A DNA stretch of 64,000 nucleotides. Origin: a virus. Below are positions 27,432 through 35,899 of this stretch, in pieces (position 1 is the first letter of the stretch; the number at the start of each line of letters is the position of its first letter). The translations under genes and the position numbers were made by a program. Location: IMG/VR virus record IMGVR_UViG_3300023296_001674; one strand, written 5' to 3'. Under the pieces are notes generated by a model, which ran no database searches, was not told the DNA's origin, and was given only the letters and a program-made list of their open reading frames with translations.

Positions 27432-27821
27432 ATGGATTCATTAAACGTTTTTGCGGATTCGAAAGTTGGCGATGGTGCAACGATCAATATGTATAGCGAT
27501 TCAAAGGCTTGCACGATTGTGGCGATTAGTGATAAGCGTATCACGGTTCAATATGACGATGTTAAATTGTTGAACGGTGCGAAATCTGGCGAACCCGATG
27601 CACTGGTTTTTGATGTAGGCGGATTTTCCGCACACTGTTCAGGTCGCCAGCGTTGGGAAACAACACCAAACCCCGAAGGCGGCAAGGTGACTTATTCCCT
27701 GCGCAAGTGGAACGACTACAAAAATGAACCAGTTATGCGGTGGGCACCAGTTGGCAGCAAACGCCACGAAGGTTCAGGCTTAACCGAAGGAAGGCATCAC
27801 CACTACGATTTCAATTTCTAG
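27432..27821 (+). CDS. hypothetical protein
   Basis: ORF track; promoter TTGACT..TAATAT ~27371-27400. Confidence 0.55.
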   Translation: MDSLNVFADSKVGDGATINMYSDSKACTIVAISDKRITVQYDDVKLLNGAKSGEPDALVFDVGGFSAHCSGRQRWETTPNPEGGKVTYSLRKWNDYKNEPVMRWAPVGSKRHEGSGLTEGRHHHYDFNF

Positions 27822-27833
27822 GCACAAGGAAAA

Positions 27834-27872
27834 AGGAGAGTCAAGAGAAATCTTGACTTTTCTTTTTTTATT
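27834..27872 (+). terminator. rho-independent terminator (second copy of TTGAC-containing hairpin)
   Basis: ggAGAGTCAAGAgaaaTCTTGACTtttcttttttt. Confidence 0.6.
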
Positions 27873-27891
27873 TTTTCCGCCGCCAAAAAAA

Positions 27892-27939
27892 GGTCATCCC
27901 TCCCTACCACCATAATACACTATTCGAACAACGAGTCAA
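27892..27939 (-). repeat. E-element copy 9, minus orientation
   Basis: plus: aaaaaaaGGTCATCCCTCCCTACCACCATAATAC..N17..GAGTCAA. Confidence 0.6.
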
Positions 27940-27944
27940 GACTA

Positions 27945-28072
27945 TAAACGGGGAACCACGAATGATTCCCCGTTTTCTTTTCTATAATGGCTTGGCTTGC
28001 CGTGTCGCCAGACGATTAGATCATGATGTCAAATCCTTCCGTTAATTTTTATCCGGTGTTTGAACTTACTCT
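27945..28072 (-). ncRNA. candidate ~125-nt minus-strand small RNA
   Basis: Minus TTGACA-N16-TATTAT (plus 28080-28107) reading left into hairpin aaacggggaaccacgaatgattccccgttt (27947-27976); no ORF. Confidence 0.3.
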
Positions 28073-28180
28073 CTACACCATAATACATTAAACAAAATAG
28101 ATGTCAACACTTATTTTAGGGGTTGACACTAACAATCGAAACCGCTATAACTGTATCAACTTAACCAAAAGGAACACCCA

Positions 28181-28390
28181 ATGTCAAACCAAGCATTTGT
28201 AGTTTATAACGGCAAAATCACAGTCAAGACTGAGATTTACGACGGCGGTTTATATTTCGCCGACACCGTGAAAGAAGTGACACAACGCTTGCGCGATTGC
28301 GAGACGTTGGTTGTTAAATCTGGCAGTGAACGCGACCTTAAGAAAATCGTCACCGTCGCCGACCTTTTCACAAACAATCCCCAAGGATAA
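28181..28390 (+). CDS. hypothetical protein
   Basis: ORF track; promoter TTGACA..TATAAC with G5 leader. Confidence 0.55.
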   Translation: MSNQAFVVYNGKITVKTEIYDGGLYFADTVKEVTQRLRDCETLVVKSGSERDLKKIVTVADLFTNNPQG

Positions 28391-28394
28391 GACA

Positions 28395-28889
28395 ATGTCA
28401 AATCCCAAACACATAAACGATTTTTGCAAAGAACTTCGCGCACTTATGGAAAAGCACGGAATTGATTCATTAGGTGTCGAAATTGAGGGCGACACACACG
28501 GCATAAGTGAACAATTCGTTATCGATGATAATCAAAATAAAACACACGTGATCGACGGATTTTCAAGTTATTTGGATAAATCAGATTTGCGTGATTATAT
28601 CGAAGTAACCAGCGAATTATTGAAACGCGACGACGTTCAATTTGTTATCAACGATTTGCAAGATGATGGAGAAGAAAGTTCCGCTAAACTTTTTGAAGAC
28701 TATATCATCAAAGCGGAAAACAACGGCTTAAACATCGACCAAGCATTCCAAGGCACTATCGCACTAAGGGAAGCAATGAATATTATGGGAAGTTATTTCG
28801 ACGCCCTGAATACTAATAATCTTGTTTTTGTTAATCAAATCAATGCGATTGATTCAGCAATGCTACATTATAAAGATAGTTTAAAATAA
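28395..28889 (+). CDS. hypothetical protein
   Basis: Track ORF 28311..28889 trimmed to ATG after aaggataagaca. Confidence 0.5.
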   Translation: MSNPKHINDFCKELRALMEKHGIDSLGVEIEGDTHGISEQFVIDDNQNKTHVIDGFSSYLDKSDLRDYIEVTSELLKRDDVQFVINDLQDDGEESSAKLFEDYIIKAENNGLNIDQAFQGTIALREAMNIMGSYFDALNTNNLVFVNQINAIDSAMLHYKDSLK

Positions 28890-28950
28890 CCGTTGACACT
28901 GGTACATGAAACCGATATAACTGTATCAACTTAACCAAAAGGATCATATC

Positions 28951-29310
28951 ATGGAAACAATATCGCGGTTTTATGCGCACGCTGGCAAAATTGCCATAAC
29001 GATTGGCGCGGGTGATACTACATATATCACCACAGACCAAGCCGAAATGATCGGCGCTAAATTATCTGAACTTGCCAGTCAAGTGAAAAACGGCAATCAT
29101 TCGACTACGGTTGAAGTTCCCGCAACTGAAGAACAAATGAAACGGATGCGTGAGGATGCGCCCGAAATTTATAAAATCATTCGTTGTTATCGCAATGGCA
29201 ATAGCCCCCGCACAATTGCACGTAGTGTAACGATTTTCGAAGCGCAAGAACATTGTAGCGATCCATCAACCTCAAACACCAAATATTTTGATGGATATGA
29301 GTTGAAATAG
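28951..29310 (+). CDS. hypothetical protein
   Basis: ORF track; promoter TTGACA..TATAAC + G5 leader. Confidence 0.55.
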   Translation: METISRFYAHAGKIAITIGAGDTTYITTDQAEMIGAKLSELASQVKNGNHSTTVEVPATEEQMKRMREDAPEIYKIIRCYRNGNSPRTIARSVTIFEAQEHCSDPSTSNTKYFDGYELK

Positions 29311-29370
29311 GTCTTGACTCTGGTGTAGTTAGTTCGTATATTAACTACACCAGAACAAAGGAACAAACAA

Positions 29371-29511
29371 ATGTCAAACGCTGAAATGTATCTCGATTGG
29401 GTTAACAATTTTTTAACTGTTGCACGGTTCGCCGAATATTACAATATCTCCGAGACCGAAGCTCTTGCCGTGATCGAAAAAGGTCGCATCGACCACCACG
29501 CAAATCTGTAA
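29371..29511 (+). CDS. small protein (46 aa)
   Basis: Not in track; palindromic G2 promoter 29313-29357 (identical to 21516); RBS caaaggaacaaacaa-ATG. Confidence 0.4.
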   Translation: MSNAEMYLDWVNNFLTVARFAEYYNISETEALAVIEKGRIDHHANL

Positions 29512-29529
29512 ACAACGAAAGACAAACCC

Positions 29530-29829
29530 ATGCAAGTCACAACCGAACAACTCGAAACTTTCCTAACTAAAGCGCAAGCACATGTAAACGCTGATTACAG
29601 CACTAACTTTGAAGGCGATGCGCCAACACTTTCGATTGACCCAATGACCGAACGATCTAAGTACGCCAAAATCGTGAAAGATACCGGTCAACGTTCATTG
29701 TGGGGTTTCGTTGAACTATCAACCGGCAATCTGTTGACAGGCAGTTGGAAAGCACCACGCAAATCAAAATCAACATGCGGTCATATTGACGAGCCATTCT
29801 TACCACGGACTCGCTGGATGAGTGTATAA
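29530..29829 (+). CDS. hypothetical protein
   Basis: ORF track. Confidence 0.55.
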   Translation: MQVTTEQLETFLTKAQAHVNADYSTNFEGDAPTLSIDPMTERSKYAKIVKDTGQRSLWGFVELSTGNLLTGSWKAPRKSKSTCGHIDEPFLPRTRWMSV

Positions 29830-29895
29830 TAAACCCTTGACTCTGATTCAGTTATTCTTTATAACTGAATAATCAGAACAACGAAAGAAAATCCA

Positions 29896-30072
29896 ATGGT
29901 AGGCAAACTTAATTTTCGTGTATTCCAAGATGGCAAACAACACATTGTTTCCGCACGTAGCATCGTGGTTCGTTTTGAACAAGGTGCATTCATATCAGCT
30001 AACATAAGACAAGATAGTGCCGAATATCTTGAAGCATGTGAAGCAATGGTTAAACATGATATGGGCGAATGA
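29896..30072 (+). CDS. small protein (58 aa)
   Basis: Not in track; G3 palindromic promoter 29838-29880; RBS gaaagaaa. Confidence 0.35.
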   Translation: MVGKLNFRVFQDGKQHIVSARSIVVRFEQGAFISANIRQDSAEYLEACEAMVKHDMGE

Positions 30073-30073
30073 T

Positions 30074-30253
30074 ATGACTGAAATTGCACAAGGCACTGAA
30101 GTCAAATTAAAATTCATTAACGGCGAAAATCGTTATGGCGCACTTATGGATAATCGAAAAAAACATTTGATTTATCGCCCCGTTGATGGTATCAATACCA
30201 TTGTTTTTCATAAAGACTTGAAAAGTGTTGCACCCGTATATATTCCATCTTAA
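30074..30253 (+). CDS. hypothetical protein
   Basis: Track ORF 30017..30253 trimmed; followed by terminator 30266-30299. Confidence 0.4.
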   Translation: MTEIAQGTEVKLKFINGENRYGALMDNRKKHLIYRPVDGINTIVFHKDLKSVAPVYIPS

Positions 30254-30282
30254 TAAAAACAACAGCCGGAGTCACTTAGGTG

Positions 30283-30329
30283 TTGACTCCGGCATTTTTC
30301 CTGCTAATATACTATCAGGGAGGGATGAG
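30283..30329 (+). repeat. E-element copy 11, plus orientation (its -35 lies in the upstream terminator stem)
   Basis: CCGGAGTCActtaggtgTTGACTCCGGcatttttcctgctAATATActaTCAGGGAGGGATGAG. Confidence 0.6.
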
Positions 30330-30444
30330 TAAAATTCGCCCCGAAAAAAACTTTCATTTTATTTCATTTAAGGGGTTGACTCTGATCGGGTTGGGTAGTA
30401 ATATCACTACATCAAAACAAACCAACAACCCAAGGAACAAAACC

Positions 30445-31029
30445 ATGGCAACCGATAAAAATGGCTTAACACTTTCAAACGCTTCTGATTCTGGTTATAA
30501 ATTTGTAACTACTTTGTTTGAAGGACCGCTGGCTGGAAAGTTCGTCGCCTTCGCGGATGTTAAAACCGCCGAATTGCAACGCCTGAACAAATCTCACGCG
30601 CACGGAATAAACGGTTTCTTTGGATTCAAAAACGTTGTTCCGTTGGGCGTTTTCGATGATGTGCGCGACGCCGCATACGTTGGACAAACATTCCACGCAG
30701 GGAACGCAGATGACCGCGACGACAACCTTGCCGAATTATACGCTGGCAATGAGTCAGTTATCCCTAAATCATTGACCGATTGGGATAATCCCGCCGATGT
30801 TACTTCAATGAAAAAAGCCGCAACCCGCGCAAAAACCCGACGCATGGGTAAAACATTCGATGCAAAAAAAGCCGAGACCGCAATCGATAAGTTTGCCAAC
30901 AATTTCAAATCATACAAAATCGGTAACATGGATGTCCGCGTAATCTTGGAACGCATGAAAGAACTGTTTGATAACGGAACAAGCTTAACCCTTTCCGCCG
31001 AAACCGTTTGCTCCGATTACCAGCGATAA
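30445..31029 (+). CDS. hypothetical protein (194 aa)
   Basis: Track ORF 30280..31029 trimmed (N-terminal extension would translate the promoter region); promoter TTGACT..TAATAT ~30368-30397. Confidence 0.55.
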   Translation: MATDKNGLTLSNASDSGYKFVTTLFEGPLAGKFVAFADVKTAELQRLNKSHAHGINGFFGFKNVVPLGVFDDVRDAAYVGQTFHAGNADDRDDNLAELYAGNESVIPKSLTDWDNPADVTSMKKAATRAKTRRMGKTFDAKKAETAIDKFANNFKSYKIGNMDVRVILERMKELFDNGTSLTLSAETVCSDYQR

Positions 31030-31060
31030 CCCTTGACTCTGGTGTAATTGATAAGTATAA

Positions 31061-31363
31061 TTGATTACACCAGAACAAAAGGAATTTAACATGGATAAAC
31101 GCGATGTGATTGTAATTTGCGTTGGCAGTGCCGCCGATGATATACGCGCACTTAATCACGCAACAAACTCCGCAGTTCTAGTCGTTGAAGATAAACCCGC
31201 AATTCACGAAATGGCATTGATGGATGATATATTTTTAACCGATGAAGCAAAAGATATGTTTGTGCTTGAATTAATCGAAGACGCGTTGCCAAAGAATTTT
31301 CTAAGTGAACCAAAACCCCGAAAGGCTTGGAAAAACGAATTCGAAAATCTAGGTCGTAAATAA
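31061..31363 (+). CDS. hypothetical acidic protein
   Basis: ORF track; palindromic promoter 31033-31078. Confidence 0.55.
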   Translation: MITPEQKEFNMDKRDVIVICVGSAADDIRALNHATNSAVLVVEDKPAIHEMALMDDIFLTDEAKDMFVLELIEDALPKNFLSEPKPRKAWKNEFENLGRK

Positions 31364-31387
31364 ATCAAAACCAGAGTCACTTAGGTG

Positions 31388-31434
31388 TTGACTCTGGATT
31401 TCTTTCTGCTATTATACTGTCAGGGAGGGATGAC
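31388..31434 (+). repeat. E-element copy 12, plus orientation
   Basis: CCAGAGTCActtaggtgTTGACTCTGGatttctttctgctATTATActgTCAGGGAGGGATGAC. Confidence 0.6.
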
Positions 31435-31461
31435 TTTATTTTATTCCCGCACTTATAATAA

Positions 31462-31556
31462 AAGCCAGACTCGCGTCTGACCTTTATCCTTTCTTTCTAT
31501 CCGGTTTATGTCCGCCACGTCGGGTCGGAACTATGTATCGCCGAACGCGTCGGCTA
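31462..31556 (-). ncRNA. candidate ~95-nt minus-strand small RNA
   Basis: Minus TTGACA-N16-TATTAT (plus 31564-31591) converging on bidirectional hairpin gccagactcgcgtctgacc (31464-31482); E-copy-12 transcript converges from the other side. Confidence 0.3.
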
Positions 31557-31672
31557 GATTTATATAATACCACAACAACCAAACATGTCAACAAAAAAGA
31601 TTCAATAATAACACTTGACTCCGTTTGGGTTGGGTGTATACTATCCATAGATTGAAACAAAGGATTAATCAA

Positions 31673-32593
31673 ATGGCAAAAGCAACCCGCACCAAAATCG
31701 ATCATGAGCAACAAATCACTAACGCTATTGTCGCCCACGTTGAAGGGTATATCGCCGCCGAGGCTACAGGCGAAGAGATCGCACGTTGGGAAAGCCCCTT
31801 CGGAAAATTCTTCCGTGAAGGCCATTTTTGCGCCGCAACCGATAACCAGTATAAAGGCTGGACTAACAATTTTTTCCTTACACTTATGGCGCACGCAAGC
31901 GGATTCAATTCCGATGCATGGGGAACATTCAAGCAATGGAAAAGCATGGGAACGGATGAAACACCCGTATCTGTTAAGCATGGTCAAAAAGGTTCCGCTT
32001 GGATTGCTTTTCCATATATCAACAAAGATAAAGTAACCGGCGACGACACCGTAACCGGATTCGGATATCGCGCCGTATTCAATGCCGATCAAATCGAAGG
32101 ATATACGCCCGAGGTTGTTGAACTACCAGAGTCGCAGGTTGTGCAACATGCCAAAGCTGAAACATTCTTGAAAAATCTGGACGTAACATTCCAGCATATC
32201 GGAAACCGCGCTTTCTATAGCCCTGCTAGTGATGCAATCAGCATGCCCCCAGAAGGCGCGTTTAAGGCGACTGAATACAGTACCGCAACCGAAGGCTACT
32301 ATGGCACCAAGTTTCATGAATACGCCCACGCAACCCTGCACGCTAGCCGGTGCAATCGCGAACAAGGCGCGGATAAAGCTTCATACGCTTTCGAAGAGTT
32401 GGTCGCCGAATTGACCTCGACTATCCTATGTTCGCGCTTTGGTATATCCGCACAACCACGCGAAGACCACGCTAAGTATATACATTCATGGTTGAAAGCA
32501 CTGAAAAGCGACAAGACCATGATTATGAAGGCAATGAAGAAAGCAAGCCAAGCAATCGCTTGGATGGATAAAAAGCAACCAACATCAAAATAA
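31673..32593 (+). CDS. ArdC-like protein (DUF1738-type ssDNA-binding N-domain + zincin HExxH metallopeptidase-like C-domain)
   Basis: ASGFNSDAWGTFKQWKSMG..KGSAWIAF ; FHEYAHATLH (HExxH); track ORF 31625 trimmed; promoter TTGACT..TATACT ~31615-31644. Confidence 0.5.
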   Translation: MAKATRTKIDHEQQITNAIVAHVEGYIAAEATGEEIARWESPFGKFFREGHFCAATDNQYKGWTNNFFLTLMAHASGFNSDAWGTFKQWKSMGTDETPVSVKHGQKGSAWIAFPYINKDKVTGDDTVTGFGYRAVFNADQIEGYTPEVVELPESQVVQHAKAETFLKNLDVTFQHIGNRAFYSPASDAISMPPEGAFKATEYSTATEGYYGTKFHEYAHATLHASRCNREQGADKASYAFEELVAELTSTILCSRFGISAQPREDHAKYIHSWLKALKSDKTMIMKAMKKASQAIAWMDKKQPTSK

Positions 32594-32654
32594 AAGGTTG
32601 ACAGTAAGGATATGATATCGTATTATATCCTTACTGAAACGAAAGGAACACACA

Positions 32655-32756
32655 ATGACACACGGTAACGGCAAGATCAGGCGATTCGCAGGCAATCTAG
32701 GGGCGCTAATGCTGGCAGCGCTGGCAGGCTACGCGACGCTGGTGGTCCTAGCATAA
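32655..32756 (+). CDS. small hydrophobic peptide (33 aa)
   Basis: Not in track; strong palindromic promoter 32589-32640; RBS gaaaggaacacaca-ATG; MTHGNGKIRRFAGNLGALMLAALAGYATLVVLA. Confidence 0.4.
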   Translation: MTHGNGKIRRFAGNLGALMLAALAGYATLVVLA

Positions 32757-32807
32757 CGCCAGAACCGAGTCAAGCACTTATTTCACGGTGTTGCACTTAT
32801 GACACAG

Positions 32808-32855
32808 TCAAGTCTTTTATTATAAAATAAAAATAAAAAAAGACTTGACATTCGA
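32808..32855. repeat. 13-bp perfect inverted repeat with AT-only loop
   Basis: GTCAAGTCTTTTTattataaaataaaaataAAAAAGACTTGAC. Confidence 0.55.
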
Positions 32856-32939
32856 AAAAAAGAGTGCTCGTGCAGTGTTTTGAAGTTTTTTATTTAATGG
32901 ATACCTTACCCTTAGCTCGAAATACGCCAAAATTTTTCA

Positions 32940-33075
32940 GGCTAAATCGGAACTCTGGCTATCGTGACACTTATCGTGACAAAATGTCGCGATACCATTA
33001 TAATGGGTCATTTATTCATCCTATCGTGACATTTGACCCATTATAATGGGTCAATACACCCCCCACCCCCTTTTC
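32940..33075. repeat. cluster of short repeats and palindromes at early-region/AT-island boundary
   Basis: TATCGTGACA x3 (one inverted as TGTCGCGATA); palindromic CCCATTATAATGGG x2 (second within 22-bp palindrome TTGACCCATTATAATGGGTCAA); then C6AC5. Confidence 0.55.
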
Positions 33076-33163
33076 TATGAAACACTTATTCATTCAATAT
33101 AAAAAAAATTCTGCGCCAAAATTTTAATAAATAATATTAGGTTTTTAACATAGGAACATTTAA

Positions 33164-33319
33164 CATGAAAACATTATCCGATAAACAACATGCTACCATT
33201 AAAGAGAACATGCGTGCTATTCCAAAAGCATCATATACAGACATTGATCGCACCGCAGTTCTTAAAGAAGAATATGCTGAATTTATAAAAAATATCAACG
33301 AAAGCGACAAACCAGAATA
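33164..33319 (+). CDS. small protein (~51 aa)
   Basis: Not in track; MKTLSDKQHATIKENMRAIPKASYTDIDRTAVLKEEYAEFIKNINESDKPE; coordinates approximate. Confidence 0.3.
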
Positions 33320-33323
33320 AACA

Positions 33324-33755
33324 ATGAGAGCATCCGACTTCATCGCTGAAACACTTATATCTGTTTCGCACGGAACCAATACCGATTTTGATCAATTAGA
33401 TGTGGCAAAAACATCCGATGGTGGAATTCACTTTGGTTCCAATCAACAAGCAGCGTTACGATCAACTGGAAAAAATTCGCGCATCATCGATACACAAATT
33501 GATGTTAGAAAACCAAAACGTTGCAAAGACGATGGATCAGGATGGAAAAACAAAATAAAATCCGCCAAACGTTCTGGATATGACAGTATTGTATATTTGA
33601 ACCGTTATGAAAATATGACCACTGAACGAGTAGAACAGTTATCACAATCCGGCAAACTAGATACTTTGGATTCATTATCCGATGCCGCATTCAAAAAATT
33701 AGTTCCTGAAGCACAAGACAGTTATATTGTGTTCGACAACGATCAAATAAAATAG
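33324..33755 (+). CDS. hypothetical protein (N-terminus MRASD.. shared with next gene)
   Basis: ORF track. Confidence 0.5.
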   Translation: MRASDFIAETLISVSHGTNTDFDQLDVAKTSDGGIHFGSNQQAALRSTGKNSRIIDTQIDVRKPKRCKDDGSGWKNKIKSAKRSGYDSIVYLNRYENMTTERVEQLSQSGKLDTLDSLSDAAFKKLVPEAQDSYIVFDNDQIK

Positions 33756-33765
33756 GACACTTATC

Positions 33766-34152
33766 ATGAGAGCATCCGAAATCACAGAAACAACAACGTC
33801 TTTAAAATGGGCAACCCGCAACCCATCACCAAAAGATTATGAAATAGTTATGATCGACATTAAAGCACTTATGGATAATACCAATCGCATACAAAAAATT
33901 TCATTATCTGCTGTAACCAAAGCAGACGATGAAAACATTATAGGTGATCGCGTTTCAAGAGCAAAACAATTTTGGCTAGATGGTGGCGAAATGCGACTAT
34001 CAATGGTTGGATACAGTGATTATTCCAAGATGGTAGACTTCACCGACGGTAGACACCGCCTAATAGCCGCGTATCAACTTGGTGAACGCCATGCACCCGT
34101 ATTGGCAGACAAGGACGGCATAGAAGAATTTAAAGCGCTGGTAGGGGCTTAA
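33766..34152 (+). CDS. ParB-like nuclease (ParB/Srx fold) domain protein
   Basis: DGRHRLIAAYQLG resembles ParB N-domain DGxHR motif. Confidence 0.45.
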   Translation: MRASEITETTTSLKWATRNPSPKDYEIVMIDIKALMDNTNRIQKISLSAVTKADDENIIGDRVSRAKQFWLDGGEMRLSMVGYSDYSKMVDFTDGRHRLIAAYQLGERHAPVLADKDGIEEFKALVGA

Positions 34153-34227
34153 AACCCATCACCCCCAAACTATATTGACACCGTAAAACCACAATGATAT
34201 ACTTATTCTTTAATAAAAGGAAATAAT

Positions 34228-34338
34228 ATGATAAAAGGCAATGACGACAATTTCAGTAGCGATACAGGCAATACCATCGAATGGGGTTTGATCGTTATTT
34301 TACTATTAGGATTTCTTATAATTCCCCTGTTCGGGTAA
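34228..34338 (+). CDS. small membrane peptide (36 aa)
   Basis: Not in track; RBS aaaagg; MIKGNDDNFSSDTGNTIEWGLIVILLLGFLIIPLFG. Confidence 0.3.
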   Translation: MIKGNDDNFSSDTGNTIEWGLIVILLLGFLIIPLFG

Positions 34339-34434
34339 TTAATCATTTGTTAGATTATACCAGTAACGACATATTTGGAATACTTATTGTTATTGTGTGT
34401 ATAGTCCTTATTATATTTGGCCCCATATATATTT

Positions 34435-34665
34435 TTATGTAGTACCCACAATATTTACATTATGCTGCGTGCTAGGAAAATTCAATAGATCATATTGTGT
34501 TATATTATGATTAGCAAATGACATATCATGTGGAAATTTTATTGTTGTATACATTATTGATCCATTAATATTTGCTGTTATATCATGATACCGTTCACGC
34601 GATGGTGATTTATCAATGTTTATTACTGTAAACATCAAAATATTGTTAGTATCGCAGCAGTGCAT
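34435..34665 (-). CDS. hypothetical protein (paralog of 34700..34924)
   Basis: ORF track; AT-rich island minus-strand operon; shared ..ITQ..LL....NV.I motif. Confidence 0.45.
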   Translation of the reverse strand: MHCCDTNNILMFTVINIDKSPSRERYHDITANINGSIMYTTIKFPHDMSFANHNITQYDLLNFPSTQHNVNIVGTT

Positions 34666-34699
34666 ATTAACAATACGGCTAATATATCATCATTAAACC

Positions 34700-34924
34700 T
34701 CACGATATAGTTACATTATTAACTGTGCCATAATACATCAATAATGATTGTTGTGTTATGCTATTATCATTGATAAATTCATTTAACGGATAAGCCAACG
34801 CTACTCGCATAGCCCTCATTTTACCGTCAACAAATGCTTTTTCCACAAAGTCATATTTAATTTCATATTTATGATGTAGTTTAGGTTTAGTTTTTGTTTT
34901 CGTAATATCTATTATGTTTATCAT
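34700..34924 (-). CDS. hypothetical protein
   Basis: ORF track. Confidence 0.45.
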   Translation of the reverse strand: MINIIDITKTKTKPKLHHKYEIKYDFVEKAFVDGKMRAMRVALAYPLNEFINDNSITQQSLLMYYGTVNNVTIS

Positions 34925-35109
34925 TTTAATTCACTTATTTCCACACGTTTTTTTGTACTGATTATTGACAGTAAATCACGTTGTGATAATGTCATATTAT
35001 GAACAATGGATACTACGCTATATTTCATAGTCACATCCATAATTATACCATCCTTCCAATATACAATATAATGCATACGATTGAAAACAATATCTGTTCC
35101 ATTTCTCAT
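34921..35109 (-). CDS. hypothetical protein
   Basis: ORF track; overlaps neighbour by 4 nt. Confidence 0.45.
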   Translation of the reverse strand: MRNGTDIVFNRMHYIVYWKDGIIMDVTMKYSVVSIVHNMTLSQRDLLSIISTKKRVEISELK

Positions 35110-35299
35110 TTATTGGTTGCCCCCAAACAGTATTGCATTATGGTTACATTATTTTTAGTATCGTATAACGGTAGGAGATCACATTCATAATATCATAATG
35201 CAAAAAGCAAAGAATACGTTGACTACCACCAATGATTCAGTATCCATTATACGACAGCCAATATTATAAAAATCATAAAAATCCAATCATCATCATCCA

Positions 35300-35509
35300 T
35301 TATTCAAATCCTTTTATTACGGTACAAGTCATTTTGTTACCTGGGTATCGTTCAGTATCCCACGATTCTTCTGGTTGGGAGAATGTATATTCACCGTGAT
35401 TAACGCAGTCATCATAAATGGATGACGTTGTCATTGTATAAGTGAGCGAAAATGTAAGTACTGCTACGCAAGCAAGCAAACATCATAGTAACTTTGTATC
35501 ATTATTCAT
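35300..35509 (-). pseudogene. frameshifted third copy of the TM + Cys-x3-G-x-Y/E-F small-protein family
   Basis: Minus strand: MNNDTKLL-stop, then other frame ..LLACVAVLTFSLTYTMTTSSIYDDCVNHGEYTFSQPEESW..C.V matching paralogs 35502..35708 and 35705..35899. Confidence 0.35.
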
Positions 35510-35708
35510 TTTCAATTACCTTACATCTAATTGTTTTACCGAAATATTGGTGTGATGAGTATGCTGTATCAAATGTTGAGAATTTGTATGTCCCGTTGGT
35601 ATTGCAATGGTTATATATGGTACCAATTGTGCTATAATAAGTGATACTCACCGTGGTAAGTCCTAATATTAATATTATCACACTTATAGCAATTGTATTA
35701 AAGATCAT
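35502..35708 (-). CDS. small membrane-anchored protein (family with conserved C-x3-G-x-Y-x-F ... C)
   Basis: ORF track; N-terminal TM then IYNHCNTNGTYKF..C. Confidence 0.5.
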   Translation of the reverse strand: MIFNTIAISVIILILGLTTVSITYYSTIGTIYNHCNTNGTYKFSTFDTAYSSHQYFGKTIRCKVIENE

Positions 35709-35899
35709 TTATCGATACTCCTTATTTGGCAATCCATTATTCTATCATCGAAAGGACGTGTGTCAATAGCATTACGTGAAATGAATTCATGATTGCCATA
35801 TGTTGCACAATTTTCAAACACAGCGGTCAATGCGACTGAATAGGAAACATATGATGTAATCAAAATTGTAACGATTGCTGGTAGCACCATATCTCTCAT
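35705..35899 (-). CDS. small membrane-anchored protein (paralog)
   Basis: ORF track; VFENCATYGNHEF..C. Confidence 0.5.
   Translation of the reverse strand: MRDMVLPAIVTILITSYVSYSVALTAVFENCATYGNHEFISRNAIDTRPFDDRIMDCQIRSIDK

Noticed and set aside
30280-30444. N-terminal extension of gene 30445..31029 starting at the E-element ATG (MSKIRPEKNF...)
   Set aside because: In frame only by chance; the extension translates a terminator, the E promoter and the gene's own promoter/RBS; the internal ATG has a proper AAGGAA RBS.
31484-32092. 202-aa minus-strand ORF
   Set aside because: Overlaps the candidate sRNA unit and is antisense to the ArdC-like gene; no RBS.
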